DNA of 64,000 nt from Terrimicrobiaceae bacterium. GTDB taxonomy: Bacteria; Verrucomicrobiota; Verrucomicrobiia; Chthoniobacterales; Terrimicrobiaceae. The translations under genes and the position numbers were made by a program. The first letter of the stretch is position 1. Each line of letters begins with the position of its first letter. The stretch spans positions 32,001 through 96,000 of the forward strand of contig JBGSVZ010000085.1 of the NCBI GenBank assembly GCA_041752695.1, written 5' to 3'. Under the pieces are notes generated by a model. It was not told the origin of the DNA, made no database searches, and saw nothing but the letters and a program-made list of their open reading frames with translations. Positions 52,380-62,007 of the stretch are shown here, in pieces.

Positions 52380-53345
52380 TTAGGGAACCGGAGGTCCGGG
52401 GGTCTTTTCGATTTCCCCATCGAGCGTCTTGGGATCCGCCCCAGCCAGAAAATCGAGAATCGGCTGGTTCATTTCCGAACCTTCCAGTCCCACATACCAA
52501 TTCACGTCGGCGTGAGTGAACCCCCTACATTCGATGCCGCCAGCCGGAATGTTGTTCTTCAGAAGGCTTTCAATAAATTTGACGTCGGAAGCAATCTTGA
52601 CTTCGGTGCCGGTAAAAAAATTCAAAATCGGGTGGGTGTAGGTGCGGGGGGCTTTCTTGAGGATCAGAGACGGAGAGGCGGCGTAGAGAAGAATGGGATT
52701 GCGCCCGAAGATGGTGTGAATGGCCTCCTTGTTGAGCGTGTTGTCGTCCTCCGTATCGGTCCGGATGCGGTAGGGCAGGTCGTAGATGCCATCGAGCACG
52801 ATCAATTTTTTCACAATCCCCACGGACGCTCCGGCCTTTTTGAAAAACGCTCCGTTGGTCGCGACCAGCGCTACGAAATGCGCTCCGGTCGAATGGCCCA
52901 TCACGTTGATCTTCTCGGGGTCGATTTGATAATCCGCCGCATTGTCGTAGAGAAACGTGATCGCATCGGCCACATCCTGAATGTTGACGGGGTATTTGGC
53001 GCCCGGCGACAATTCGTAGTTCGCGCTGGCGAAAACAAACCCGTTCGAAGTGAAGAAAGGAATCTTGTTTTCCACTACCGAAGGATGGGCCTTGTCGCCC
53101 GTGCCCGCCGCGCCTCCATGGAACATGACAACCAGGGGCAGCTTCTCACCGGGAGCCAGATCGTCCGGCACATAGACATCCAGCGAAACCAGATTGGTGC
53201 TGGCGTCTTTGTTGCCCTTGCTGAGTTCCCCATACTGGATGTTGGCGTATTCGGTCCAGCTCCCGCCGGCCGCCTCGAGCGATGGGACCACCAGACAGGA
53301 GATTGTCACTGCCGCCAGCGCCTTGAGGAGTTTATCCAGTTGCAT
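52380..53345 (-). CDS. Secreted alpha/beta hydrolase (carboxylesterase-like)
   Basis: Signal peptide; LDVYVP; FHGG; nucleophile elbow GHSTG; C-terminal His. Confidence 0.88.
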   Translation of the reverse strand: MQLDKLLKALAAVTISCLVVPSLEAAGGSWTEYANIQYGELSKGNKDASTNLVSLDVYVPDDLAPGEKLPLVVMFHGGAAGTGDKAHPSVVENKIPFFTSNGFVFASANYELSPGAKYPVNIQDVADAITFLYDNAADYQIDPEKINVMGHSTGAHFVALVATNGAFFKKAGASVGIVKKLIVLDGIYDLPYRIRTDTEDDNTLNKEAIHTIFGRNPILLYAASPSLILKKAPRTYTHPILNFFTGTEVKIASDVKFIESLLKNNIPAGGIECRGFTHADVNWYVGLEGSEMNQPILDFLAGADPKTLDGEIEKTPGPPVP

Positions 53346-53456
53346 AACGGAAGGAATAGATTCAACGGGTGGCCGGTTTGCAAGTGTTTTTGGTTGGCCG
53401 AGAAATTTCCGCCGCCGTTTGCAACTCTTCCACTTCCGCGTACGTTCCTTCTGATC

Positions 53457-54053
53457 ATGAAAACACTTCTCGTCCTCTCCACCGTCCTCGCCCTTCTGTC
53501 CACCGCGCAGGCGCAACCGGAAATCGGCAAACCCGCCCCGGAATTTGCCCTGAAGGATCTGGCGGGCAAGGAACACAAACTCTCCGACTTCAAAGGCAAA
53601 ACCGTCGTGCTCGAATGGGTGAACTACGGATGTCCCTTCGTCAAAAAACATTACGATTCCAAAAATATGCAAAGCCTGCAGAAGACCGCGACGGACGCGG
53701 GCGTCGTCTGGCTGGCCATTTGTTCTTCGGCTCCCGGCAAGCAGGGCAATGAAACTCCCGAGACGGCAAAAACCAAGAGTGACACCTATCAATCTGCCGC
53801 CACGGCCTATCTGAAAGATGAGGATGGCACCGTGGGCAAACTCTACAATGCCAAGACCACCCCGGAGATGTTCATCGTCAATAAGGAAGGAACTCTCGTT
53901 TATATGGGCGCGATTGACGACAAGCCGAACCCCAGCCCGGACAGCATCGCGGGCGCGACCAACTACGTGAAGGCCGCGGTGATGGAAATCATGGATGGCA
54001 AACCGGTCACGACGGCTTCAACCAAACCATATGGCTGCTCGGTGAAATATTAA
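53457..54053 (+). CDS. Periplasmic redoxin / thioredoxin-fold protein
   Basis: APEFALKD; VVLEWVNYGCPFVKKHY; AKTTPEMF; TKPYGCSVKY. Confidence 0.9.
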   Translation: MKTLLVLSTVLALLSTAQAQPEIGKPAPEFALKDLAGKEHKLSDFKGKTVVLEWVNYGCPFVKKHYDSKNMQSLQKTATDAGVVWLAICSSAPGKQGNETPETAKTKSDTYQSAATAYLKDEDGTVGKLYNAKTTPEMFIVNKEGTLVYMGAIDDKPNPSPDSIAGATNYVKAAVMEIMDGKPVTTASTKPYGCSVKY

Positions 54054-54076
54054 GGCGTAACAATGGGTCGAAATTT

Positions 54077-54143
54077 GGAGGGCACCGGGCCCTCGGTGCC
54101 GAGGGCCCGGCACCCTCCTGGATTTGCCTTCTTGGACACGACT
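54077..54143. repeat. GGAG-REP doublet with a degenerate MITE end
   Basis: GGAGGGCACCGGGCCCTCGGTGCCGAGGGCCCGGCACCCTCC (54077-54118); GCCTTCTTGGACACG at 54126-54140 resembles the right TIR of the 55878 element. Confidence 0.8.
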
Positions 54144-54202
54144 AAGTTTTTAACTGCCACGAAGAGGCGCGGACCACCGCGCCCCTTTTTTTGGCGAAAG
54201 AC

Positions 54203-55090
54203 TCACCGGGCCGGTTTGTCTTCCACTTCGGCGTTGAGATTAAAAAACGGGATCGCGTCGGCGCCTCCGCTGACCCGGGGCAGCACGCCGTCCCAGCGTT
54301 CGACCGTGCGCAGACGGATCAGTTCCGGGCTTTGCTTGAGGGCCTCTGCTTCCCGCCGGATGGCATCCGCCCGCGCCTTGGATTGCACGTCGGTGGCGTA
54401 GGCATCGGCATCGGCCGCAAGGGTTTTCTCGGACGCAGCGGCTTCGGCCTGGGTCACGCGTTTGAGTTTTTCGTTCTTCGCCTGCAGGGCCTGTTGTTCG
54501 GCCTGAACTTTCAGTTCGATGGCCTTGTTAAACTCCGGCGAAAAGTTGAAGTCGGTGATGGCGACGTTGGCGATGACCACGGAATTCTCCAGGCCCTTTT
54601 CTTTCAGAGTGGTGTTGATGTAAGAGACGAGGGCCTGCTGGATCTGCTGTTTGACGAATTCGCGTTTCGTCACCAGTTCCTCCGCCGTGAACTTGGCGGT
54701 GACGGCCTTGACACATTCCTGAATGGCGGGTTCGACCAGCACGGCGGACACCTTGCCGAGATTTCCCACCGTCTGGTAGGTCAGAGGAGCGAGGGCTCCA
54801 TTCATGGAATATTGGGTCGTCACCTGGGTGGTCACGGTCTGCAAATCCCGCGAAGCGGCGGTGGCCTGGGCATGACTCGCCGTCAGCCGGATATCCACTT
54901 GCTCGACACTGTCGATGAAGGGCTTTTTGAAATGCAGGCCTTCCTTGAGCGGTTCGGGATGGACCGCGCCAAGGGTGCGTTTCACACCGACATGACCCGC
55001 CTCCACCACGACGGAGAGGCTGGTGAGGATGGCAATGGCAAACAGCAGAATGATCCCCAGGGGGATGAGAGTCTTCAGGGCTGGGTTCAT
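54203..55090 (-). CDS. Prohibitin/SPFH domain protein
   Basis: N-terminal TM; VEAGHVGV; EGLHFK; SRDLQ; FSPEFNKAIE; ERWDGVLP. Confidence 0.9.
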   Translation of the reverse strand: MNPALKTLIPLGIILLFAIAILTSLSVVVEAGHVGVKRTLGAVHPEPLKEGLHFKKPFIDSVEQVDIRLTASHAQATAASRDLQTVTTQVTTQYSMNGALAPLTYQTVGNLGKVSAVLVEPAIQECVKAVTAKFTAEELVTKREFVKQQIQQALVSYINTTLKEKGLENSVVIANVAITDFNFSPEFNKAIELKVQAEQQALQAKNEKLKRVTQAEAAASEKTLAADADAYATDVQSKARADAIRREAEALKQSPELIRLRTVERWDGVLPRVSGGADAIPFFNLNAEVEDKPAR

Positions 55091-55737
55091 AGATGCGTGA
55101 TGATGTGGTGTTTCTCGAAGCGAACCTTGGGTGCCGTGGAATATTTGTCACCTTCCGCCCGATAGCCCGCGGGGCAGGCCGCCACGGTAAAATATCCCGA
55201 ACCTTCCAGCCCGAGAGTCTTGTCGAATCCCGCGGGATCGAGCCCCTCCATCGGACAGGTGTCCACTCCGAGCAACGCGGCGGCGGTCATAAAATTGCCC
55301 AGAGCGATGTACACCTGGCGGGTGGACCATGCCTGCAGATCCAGGGGATAGGGGGGGTTCTCTAAAAATCCCGCCACCACTTTTTCAAATCCCGCCAGGT
55401 TTTCCACCGGAGTTCCGTGCACTTCGGAAGTGCGCACAATATGCCGGTGGACGTCGTCGGCCGTGAGCGGATGTTTGACCGCAAAAACCACCAGATGCGA
55501 AGCATCGGCGACTTGACGCTGGCCCCACGACTGCGCCACGAGGGCCTCGCGTTTGGCCGGGTCACTGACGACAAAAAACTTCCACGGCTGCAATCCGAAC
55601 GAAGAGGGCGACAGGACCAGAGCGTCTTCCAGCGCGAGCCACGTGGCCGGGTCGATTTTTTTGGTCGGGTCGAATTGTTTGGTGGCGTAGCGCCACTTGA
55701 GGGCGTCCAGGATGGTATCGGTGCTGATCGTCTTCAT
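55087..55737 (-). CDS. Nitroreductase (NfsB-like)
   Basis: WRYATKQFD; LSPSSFGLQPWKF; DTCPMEG. Confidence 0.92.
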   Translation of the reverse strand: MKTISTDTILDALKWRYATKQFDPTKKIDPATWLALEDALVLSPSSFGLQPWKFFVVSDPAKREALVAQSWGQRQVADASHLVVFAVKHPLTADDVHRHIVRTSEVHGTPVENLAGFEKVVAGFLENPPYPLDLQAWSTRQVYIALGNFMTAAALLGVDTCPMEGLDPAGFDKTLGLEGSGYFTVAACPAGYRAEGDKYSTAPKVRFEKHHIITHL

Positions 55738-55813
55738 TCCGGGCGACAGAAGCGCGACGGCGTGACTGATGCAAGGGAAAAGCGTGTGCCCCGGTTTCCC
55801 AGGGCCGGAACGG

Positions 55814-55840
55814 GTAGGGAGGGGTGTCCCCAACCCTCCG
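55814..55840 (+). repeat. GTAG-type REP-like hairpin
   Basis: GTAG-GGAGGG-gtgtccccaa-CCCTCC. Confidence 0.55.
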
Positions 55841-55877
55841 TCATCTCTCTTCCGAGTTTCGACCCACTCCTCCCTCA

Positions 55878-55988
55878 GAGCGTGTCCAAAAATGCCCATT
55901 TTTGGGTACAATGGAGGGATGCGGGCCCTCGCATCCCTAGGTGCCGAGGGCCCGGCACCCTCCAATTTTTGCTTTTTTAGACACGCTC
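55878..55988. mobile_element. 111-bp IS5/IS1031-like MITE containing a REP doublet
   Basis: 18-bp TIRs GAGCGTGTCCAAAAATGC and reverse complement GAGCGTGTCTAAAAAAGC (16/18); TCA direct repeats at 55875-55877 and 55989-55991; internal REP doublet at 55913-55963. Confidence 0.75.
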
Positions 55989-56077
55989 TCAGATTTCAAA
56001 CCGGCACAGGATCGACGGATCGTTTGGGGACAACGATCCCTCCCGGGGTCAGAATACCGGATGCGTGGCCGTTCCGC

Positions 56078-58021
56078 TTATTTGACCAGGCGTTGCCGGG
56101 CTTCGGGCGAGAGGGTGGACGTCGAGATCCAGGCCCGGGCGGCGGCGGCATCCTGCCGCATCCAATCGCGGGCCAGGTTTTCGATCTCGCGCTCACGCGC
56201 TTTCGGGTCGGAGATCTGCACGGCCCAGGAAATGGCGGTGGCAGGGTCCTCGGCGACAATCTTCCGGGTGAGCGAGGTGATGGCCGAATCTCTCGACGGC
56301 CCCGTTGGCTGGCGGGAGAGCCAGTTCGCCGCGGCCTCCGCATCTTTCGACGCCCAACGTTCCACCGCGGCTTGCAGGGCCGGGCCCCGTTCACTTTCCG
56401 GGAGCCCACGGGCATATTGGGCAGCGGCCGCAGGAGAGGTGTTGGCCCACTGGGAGACCGCATCCCGCATCACGTCGCGGCGTTCGTCCTGGTCGCGGAG
56501 GGAAGCCGACCAGCGCAGAACGGCTTCCGGATCCTTGCGACTCCAGCCTGACGACAACGAGCGGATCGCACTCTTGCGCTCCGCGCCGGAAAGGGAATCC
56601 AGCGCGGTGAGCGAACCCCGGGGATCCTGTCCGCTCCATTGGGAAAAAAGGGAATTCAAAGCGTTCTGCCTCGCCTCCCCCTCCGGAAGCCCCTGCGCCC
56701 AGGCAAAAACCTCCTCTTTTTTCCCGGTGCGCGCCCATTGGGAGGCAATCTGGGAGACGGCTTGGGAAAAGACCCGCCCGGTCGGAAGTTGCGTCAGGGC
56801 GGCCGCCGCCTCTTTCGGATTGTCCTTCGCCCAACTGGAGACGATCCCGTTGACCGCTTGTTGAAAATTGTCGCCCACCGGCATGTGTTCGATCACGGCG
56901 TCGAGAAGCTCCTGCCGGTTGCCGGTCGGGTTGGAACTCAGCGAACGCAGAATGTCCGAACGCATCGTCGAATCCTGCACGGCAATGGTGTATTGCAGGG
57001 CGGCCTTTTGATCCGTCCTCGCCCAAGAACCCACCGCCGTCGAAATGGCCGTGGTGCGAGTGCCCTCATCCGTAATCTGGAGCGCGGCAGTGAGGGCACC
57101 TTTCGGGTCGGATTGCGCCCAGGTTTGGATGACCTGCTGGCGGGGATCCCGATAGGATTCACCGGAGACCGGGAGAGACTGCACGTATTTCCACGCAGCC
57201 TGCGGATCGTTTTGGGTGAGCGAACTAAGGAGCGCATTTTGGGCCTGGTCGGCCGTCTCACCTTCCAGCCCGGCGGCGGCGACCTTGGCCCCTTCGGGAT
57301 CCTTACGCGCCCAACGCTGGAAAATCATGGACACAGCAAAATCGCCCTGTCCTGAACCCGGGGAGTTTTTCGCCAGATCGAGCGCCCGTTGAGGATCTTT
57401 CTGGGCGAGGCTCATGAGCGCCATGGAGCGGACCTGACGTTTCACCTGATCATCGTCAATCGAATCCGCCATGGCGAGGGCCTGCGTCGGATCTCTTCCT
57501 GCGACGTTGGAAATCACGGACATCATCGCCATCTGCCGGAGGTTGGCCGAGCCGAGCGCCCGGGCAAAATTCCAGGCGCCCGCCGAATCTTTTTCCGCGT
57601 AGGCGGCCATGACAAAACTCCACCCCATCTCCTGTCCGGCCGCATAGGGCGACGCAGCCATCTCCGCGGCAAGGGCGGCGGTGTCCGACACGCGCAGCCG
57701 GTCCGTAATATCCGCCCATTTGCGCATCGAATCCATGCCTCCAAACCCAAACTGGTCAATGTCGGCAATCTGCGCCCGCAGTTGCTGCGCCGTAATGGGC
57801 AAGGTCCCCGGCGGCGGAGGCGTCCCCGCTTCCGTAGACGTGGGTTCCCCCTCCCGGAACCCGGCAGAAAGACGGGAGCCGGAGGGAGCACTCCCTCCCG
57901 GGGAGGAGGCGGCGACAGACGTCGACACGGGCTTCCGATTTGCGCCGAGATATCCGGCCAGGGTGCCGGCGGCAAACCCGACCAGAACAGCGACCGCCAG
58001 GGAAAGGTGGGAGGATTTCAT
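56078..58021 (-). CDS. Membrane-anchored alpha-helical repeat protein
   Basis: N-terminal TM, then many W(A/S)xxDPxxA repeats of about 30 aa. Confidence 0.8.
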   Translation of the reverse strand: MKSSHLSLAVAVLVGFAAGTLAGYLGANRKPVSTSVAASSPGGSAPSGSRLSAGFREGEPTSTEAGTPPPPGTLPITAQQLRAQIADIDQFGFGGMDSMRKWADITDRLRVSDTAALAAEMAASPYAAGQEMGWSFVMAAYAEKDSAGAWNFARALGSANLRQMAMMSVISNVAGRDPTQALAMADSIDDDQVKRQVRSMALMSLAQKDPQRALDLAKNSPGSGQGDFAVSMIFQRWARKDPEGAKVAAAGLEGETADQAQNALLSSLTQNDPQAAWKYVQSLPVSGESYRDPRQQVIQTWAQSDPKGALTAALQITDEGTRTTAISTAVGSWARTDQKAALQYTIAVQDSTMRSDILRSLSSNPTGNRQELLDAVIEHMPVGDNFQQAVNGIVSSWAKDNPKEAAAALTQLPTGRVFSQAVSQIASQWARTGKKEEVFAWAQGLPEGEARQNALNSLFSQWSGQDPRGSLTALDSLSGAERKSAIRSLSSGWSRKDPEAVLRWSASLRDQDERRDVMRDAVSQWANTSPAAAAQYARGLPESERGPALQAAVERWASKDAEAAANWLSRQPTGPSRDSAITSLTRKIVAEDPATAISWAVQISDPKAREREIENLARDWMRQDAAAARAWISTSTLSPEARQRLVK

Positions 58022-58060
58022 CACTTTACCCGGCAGCAATTTGAGGCAGCCGGTGGCTTA

Positions 58061-59023
58061 TTAGGCCCAGGTCACTTCGCCCTTGGGCTCGCGAATCACA
58101 ATCGACTGTAAAAATTCCACGCCTTTGCGCAGGCCTTCGGCTGGCGACATCAGACTGTCCTCGTGCTCCATCGAAAGCGTTCCGTCGTATCCACACATCC
58201 GCAGCGTGCTGACAAAGTCGCACCAAAAGTGGCGCGGCTGGCCGTAGCCGACCGTGCGAAAAATCCATGAGCGGTTTTTTTCGTCCCCATAATGTTTGGT
58301 GTCGAGATAGCCGTTGACGTCGGCGTTGATCGGATAGAGGCCCGTGTCCTTGGCGTGGACGTGATGGATGGCCCCTTCCAGGGCACGGACGGCCTTGATC
58401 GGATCGATGCCCTGCCAGAAAAAATGGCTGGGGTCAAAGTTCGCGCCGATGGTCGGGCCACACGCCTCGCGCATCTTCAGCATCGTCTCGGGATTGTAGA
58501 CCAGAAACCCCGGGTGCGCCTCGAACGCAATCTTCACATAGTTGCTCTTGGCAAACGCGGCCTGTTTTTTCCAATAGGGAATCGCCACTTTGTTCCATTG
58601 CCAGTCGAGGACGGTCAGAAAATCCGGCGGCCAGGGACAAGTGACCCAGTTCGGATATTTCGCGCCGGGGTGGTCGCCCGGACAGCCGGAAAAAGTCGTC
58701 ACCACGGAGACGCCGAGCTTCGAGGCCAGCTTGACGGTATCGGTGAAAACCTTGTCATGCGCGGCGGCAATTTTTTTGTCCGGGTGCAAGGGATTGCCGT
58801 GACAGGAAAGCGAACTGATTTCCAACCCGCTGCTGGAGACCAGGTCGCGGAAGCGGTCGAGTTTGGGTTTGCTGGCGAGGAGTTCCGCCGGCTTGCAATG
58901 GGCGTCTCCCGGATAGGCACCGGTGCCGAGTTCGATCGTGTCGCAGCCAAGACCCGCGATGTGTTCGAGGGCTTTTTCGAGGGGGACGTTGCTGAGAATT
59001 GCAGAGAAGACGCCGACTTTCAT
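58061..59023 (-). CDS. Sugar phosphate isomerase/epimerase (xylose isomerase-like TIM barrel)
   Basis: SCHGNPLHP; FEAHPG; NFDPSH; HVHAKD; SMEHED. Confidence 0.9.
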   Translation of the reverse strand: MKVGVFSAILSNVPLEKALEHIAGLGCDTIELGTGAYPGDAHCKPAELLASKPKLDRFRDLVSSSGLEISSLSCHGNPLHPDKKIAAAHDKVFTDTVKLASKLGVSVVTTFSGCPGDHPGAKYPNWVTCPWPPDFLTVLDWQWNKVAIPYWKKQAAFAKSNYVKIAFEAHPGFLVYNPETMLKMREACGPTIGANFDPSHFFWQGIDPIKAVRALEGAIHHVHAKDTGLYPINADVNGYLDTKHYGDEKNRSWIFRTVGYGQPRHFWCDFVSTLRMCGYDGTLSMEHEDSLMSPAEGLRKGVEFLQSIVIREPKGEVTWA

Positions 59024-59139
59024 GGGTGGGGATGGTGTGAAAAATCACTCATAACCACCCCGCGCAGTGGCGTCGATGAAACTTTCACCTTCCGATTTGC
59101 GCTTGCTGGCGAGGAACTTCCTGCGTAGTCAAAAAGGCA

Positions 59140-59673
59140 ATGAACACCAAGTTGCTGCAGTCTAGCGCGGCCGTCCTGAGCCTGGCCGTTTTCACCTCTG
59201 CCTGCGAAAATCTTTCTCCTGGCGAGAATGCCGCATTCTTTGGCACCGCGGCAGGCCTCGCCACCGCCATTCCCATGGCCGCAGCCGGCGTGGACTCCCG
59301 CATCACCGTCCCCGTCTCCCTCGGTGCCGCCGCCCTCGCCGCCGGCGGGGCGTATGTCATTGCCAAACAACAGGCCTCCGAACGCCAGCGCAAGATCGCC
59401 GAACAGCGCGCGCGGCTGTACATGGCAGAACGGGCCGCCGCTCAGAAAAAGGCCCAGACTGCGGGGACCAAATCCGCCAAAAAACCCCGGTTCATCGCGG
59501 TCAAGACCGTGAAGGAAAGCAACAGCAAGGGCAGCTCGCAGGTCATGATTTTCGACACACAAAGCAACCAGGTCGTGGGCAACAATGTTTATGATCTGAA
59601 GTCTTCCCCGAAAGTCGGGCAGACCTCGAAATTCGACACCTACACGGCGGAATACGTCGGGACCGGGTCGTAG
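59140..59673 (+). CDS. Lipoprotein with a glycine-zipper-like hydrophobic segment
   Basis: FTSAC lipobox; Ala/Gly-rich hydrophobic region; basic C-terminal domain. Confidence 0.8.
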   Translation: MNTKLLQSSAAVLSLAVFTSACENLSPGENAAFFGTAAGLATAIPMAAAGVDSRITVPVSLGAAALAAGGAYVIAKQQASERQRKIAEQRARLYMAERAAAQKKAQTAGTKSAKKPRFIAVKTVKESNSKGSSQVMIFDTQSNQVVGNNVYDLKSSPKVGQTSKFDTYTAEYVGTGS

Positions 59674-59828
59674 AGCGAGACGGAAAAGGCAATCCCTGGA
59701 GGGTGCCGGGCCCTCGGCACCCCGGGGATACGACGGCGCACATTTGCCGGCGCTTCGCTTCGCCCTTTGGGTCGCCTTCGGCAAGCGGTCTCCATTCTTC
59801 CCGGAAATCCGCATATTTAGACACGCTC
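59673..59828. mobile_element. Second, diverged MITE copy holding a REP arm and a relative of the 60-bp element
   Basis: Right TIR GCATATTTAGACACGCTC (59811-59828); degenerate left TIR GAGCGAGACGGAAAAGGC; REP at 59698-59722; 59743-59792 resembles 39418-39466. Confidence 0.6.
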
Positions 59829-59836
59829 TTGGAGCT

Positions 59837-60406
59837 CTAATTTTCGAGGAGCGCGTCGCGTTCTGCGGGATGGAGTTCGCGCCACTGGCCAGGGGGCAGA
59901 TCGGCGGGCAGAGGAAAATTTCCGATGCGGACGCGCAACAGCCTCAGCGTGGGAAATCCGATGGCGGCGGTCATTTTCCGCACCTGCCGGTTGCGGCCTT
60001 CCTGCAATTCGACCGCAATCCAGGAGGTCGGGATGTTTTGTCGGAAACGCACCGGAGGATTTCTTGGCGGAACCTCCGGAGCCGTCTCCAGCACCCATGC
60101 CCGCGACGGCAGGGTCCGACGGCCCTGGATGACAACTCCTGCGGCCATTTTTTGCAGGTCCACCGCCGACGGCACCCCCTCCACTTGTGCGTAATACCGC
60201 CGCCAGTGGGCATTTTTCGGATCGAGGAGGCGGGTGTTTAACGCCCCTTCGTCGCCCAGCAAAAGCAACCCCTCCGAGTCCAAGTCCAGCCGTCCAAGCG
60301 GATACACCCGCGGGGGAAAACCAAACTCCGCCAGAGTCCGCTGCCCGGGCAAATCCGGGGTGAATTGGGAAAGAACACCGTGCGGTTTATGGAAGGCGAG
60401 GAGCAT
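59837..60406 (-). CDS. rluE: Pseudouridine synthase, RsuA family (RluE-like)
   Basis: FHKPHGVLSQF; GRLDLDSEGLL; EGRNRQVRKMTAAIGFPTLRL. Confidence 0.88.
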   Translation of the reverse strand: MLLAFHKPHGVLSQFTPDLPGQRTLAEFGFPPRVYPLGRLDLDSEGLLLLGDEGALNTRLLDPKNAHWRRYYAQVEGVPSAVDLQKMAAGVVIQGRRTLPSRAWVLETAPEVPPRNPPVRFRQNIPTSWIAVELQEGRNRQVRKMTAAIGFPTLRLLRVRIGNFPLPADLPPGQWRELHPAERDALLEN

Positions 60407-60416
60407 GCCCCGCGTC

Positions 60417-61169
60417 CTACTGCAAAACGATCCCCACCGGGCAATGATCGCTCCCCATCACCTGCGGCCAGATGAACGCGTCCTTCAGCCGCGGCCGCAG
60501 CGACGGTGAGATGCAAAAATAGTCGATCCTCCATCCGATATTCTTCGCGCGCGCCGCGCCCATGTAGCTCCACCAGGTGTAGTGGCCGCCGCCGGGCTCC
60601 AGTTCGCGGAAGGTATCAAGAAAGCCCGCCGCCAGATACGTTTCGAAGTTCGCCCGTTCCTGCGGTGTGAATCCGGCGTTTTTGACGTTGGCCTTCGGCC
60701 GAGCGAGGTCGATCTCCCGGTGCGCCACGTTCAAGTCCCCACAGAAAACCACCGGTTTGGTTTTTTCCAACGTCTTCAGAAAATGCAAAAACGCCGGCCC
60801 CCACGCCTCGGTGCGATACCCGAGGCGCAGCAACTCGCGCCCGGAGTTGGGCACATAAACATTCACGAGGAAAAAATCCGCATACTCCGCGGTGATCACC
60901 CGCCCCTCCTTGTCGTGTTCGTCGAGGCCGATGCCATGACGCACGTCCAGCGGTTCTTTCCTGGAAAAAATCGCCGTGCCGGAATAGCCCGGCCGTTCCG
61001 CGGAATTCCAATAGGCAAAATATCCGTCGAACTTGGATTCCACCTGTTCCTCCCGCGCCTTGGTTTCCTGCAGGCAGACGACGTCAGCAGTGGCCGTGGT
61101 GAGGAAATCGTGGAACCCCTTGTTCAGCACCGCACGGATGCCGTTGACGTTCCAGGAAACCAACTTCAT
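60417..61169 (-). CDS. xth: Exodeoxyribonuclease III / AP endonuclease
   Basis: SWNVNG; LQETK; GDLNVAH; GWRIDY; GSDHCP. Confidence 0.96.
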   Translation of the reverse strand: MKLVSWNVNGIRAVLNKGFHDFLTTATADVVCLQETKAREEQVESKFDGYFAYWNSAERPGYSGTAIFSRKEPLDVRHGIGLDEHDKEGRVITAEYADFFLVNVYVPNSGRELLRLGYRTEAWGPAFLHFLKTLEKTKPVVFCGDLNVAHREIDLARPKANVKNAGFTPQERANFETYLAAGFLDTFRELEPGGGHYTWWSYMGAARAKNIGWRIDYFCISPSLRPRLKDAFIWPQVMGSDHCPVGIVLQ

Positions 61170-61933
61170 GCGACGAAGGAAAACTCCGACCGCACCGCAT
61201 GGTGGTCCGAGGCCTCGGTGGGAATGACTGTGCAGTTCTCCAAGCGCAGCGGACCGTTGTAAAAAATGTGGTCGAGGACAAAAGGCATGCGGCGCCAGGT
61301 GATTTCCGAGCATTGCGAAGCGCAAAATCCCGCCTGCGCAAACTGGTCCACCACGGTTTCTTCCGGAGCGGAATTAAAATCCCCGCCAAGCAGGGCGGGA
61401 CCGGAGCATTTCCGTAGTTCCGCCTCCACCAACGTGCGTTGCCGCAGATGGTCGTTGCTCGACCCCTTGATCATGAAAAAGGCCTGCAGATGCGTATTAA
61501 GCAGACGCACCCGGCGACCGGCCAACTCCGCCTCCGCCCCAATTAGCAGCCGCTGCGAAGGGGTTCGGCTGACGCCGGCATACTCAAACGTGATATCCGC
61601 CGCCGGCAGATCCACGCGGTAAAAATTGGTCAGAGGTGTTTTGGAAAGAATGGCCAGGCCCAGCCCAAAAGGAATTTCGAGGGGATTTGGCACCGGGTAG
61701 CCGAAGACGGAATGATAGTGCGGAAGGGCTGCTTTTAACCGTGTGTAATGCGGAGGGGGCTCCACCTGGCGTCCGCCCTCGTGGCCCCGTTCCACTTCCT
61801 GAAGAAACACCACGTCGGCGTCCTGTTCGCGCAGGAACGCGATCGCCCGGTCGAAATTCACCTCCGATCCGTCGGGGTCGTTTTCGTCCCAGACCTGGCC
61901 GTTCTGCATGTTAAAGGTAAGCGCGCTAAACAT
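61166..61933 (-). CDS. Endonuclease/exonuclease/phosphatase family protein
   Basis: TFNM; LQEV; NTHL; GGDFN; LDHIF; SDH. ATGA overlap with xth. Confidence 0.88.
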   Translation of the reverse strand: MFSALTFNMQNGQVWDENDPDGSEVNFDRAIAFLREQDADVVFLQEVERGHEGGRQVEPPPHYTRLKAALPHYHSVFGYPVPNPLEIPFGLGLAILSKTPLTNFYRVDLPAADITFEYAGVSRTPSQRLLIGAEAELAGRRVRLLNTHLQAFFMIKGSSNDHLRQRTLVEAELRKCSGPALLGGDFNSAPEETVVDQFAQAGFCASQCSEITWRRMPFVLDHIFYNGPLRLENCTVIPTEASDHHAVRSEFSFVA

Positions 61934-62007
61934 CTTTTCTGCGTCGCCTTGCCAACGCGCGACAGAGGCAGGTATAAACCTCCACGGGCAACCAAGGCAA
62001 ACATACC

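Noticed and set aside
52512..53456. N-terminal extension of the 513-aa ORF as a fusion to the redoxin
   Set aside because: It is the antisense of the alpha/beta hydrolase. The real start is the signal peptide at 53457. Similar over-extensions were trimmed for pyrG, manA, livF, xth, dsbD and others.
56078..58021. Helical-repeat protein as a novel system
   Set aside because: W-x3-DP repeat proteins are, to my knowledge, a common expanded family in this phylum, and there is no informative neighbourhood here.
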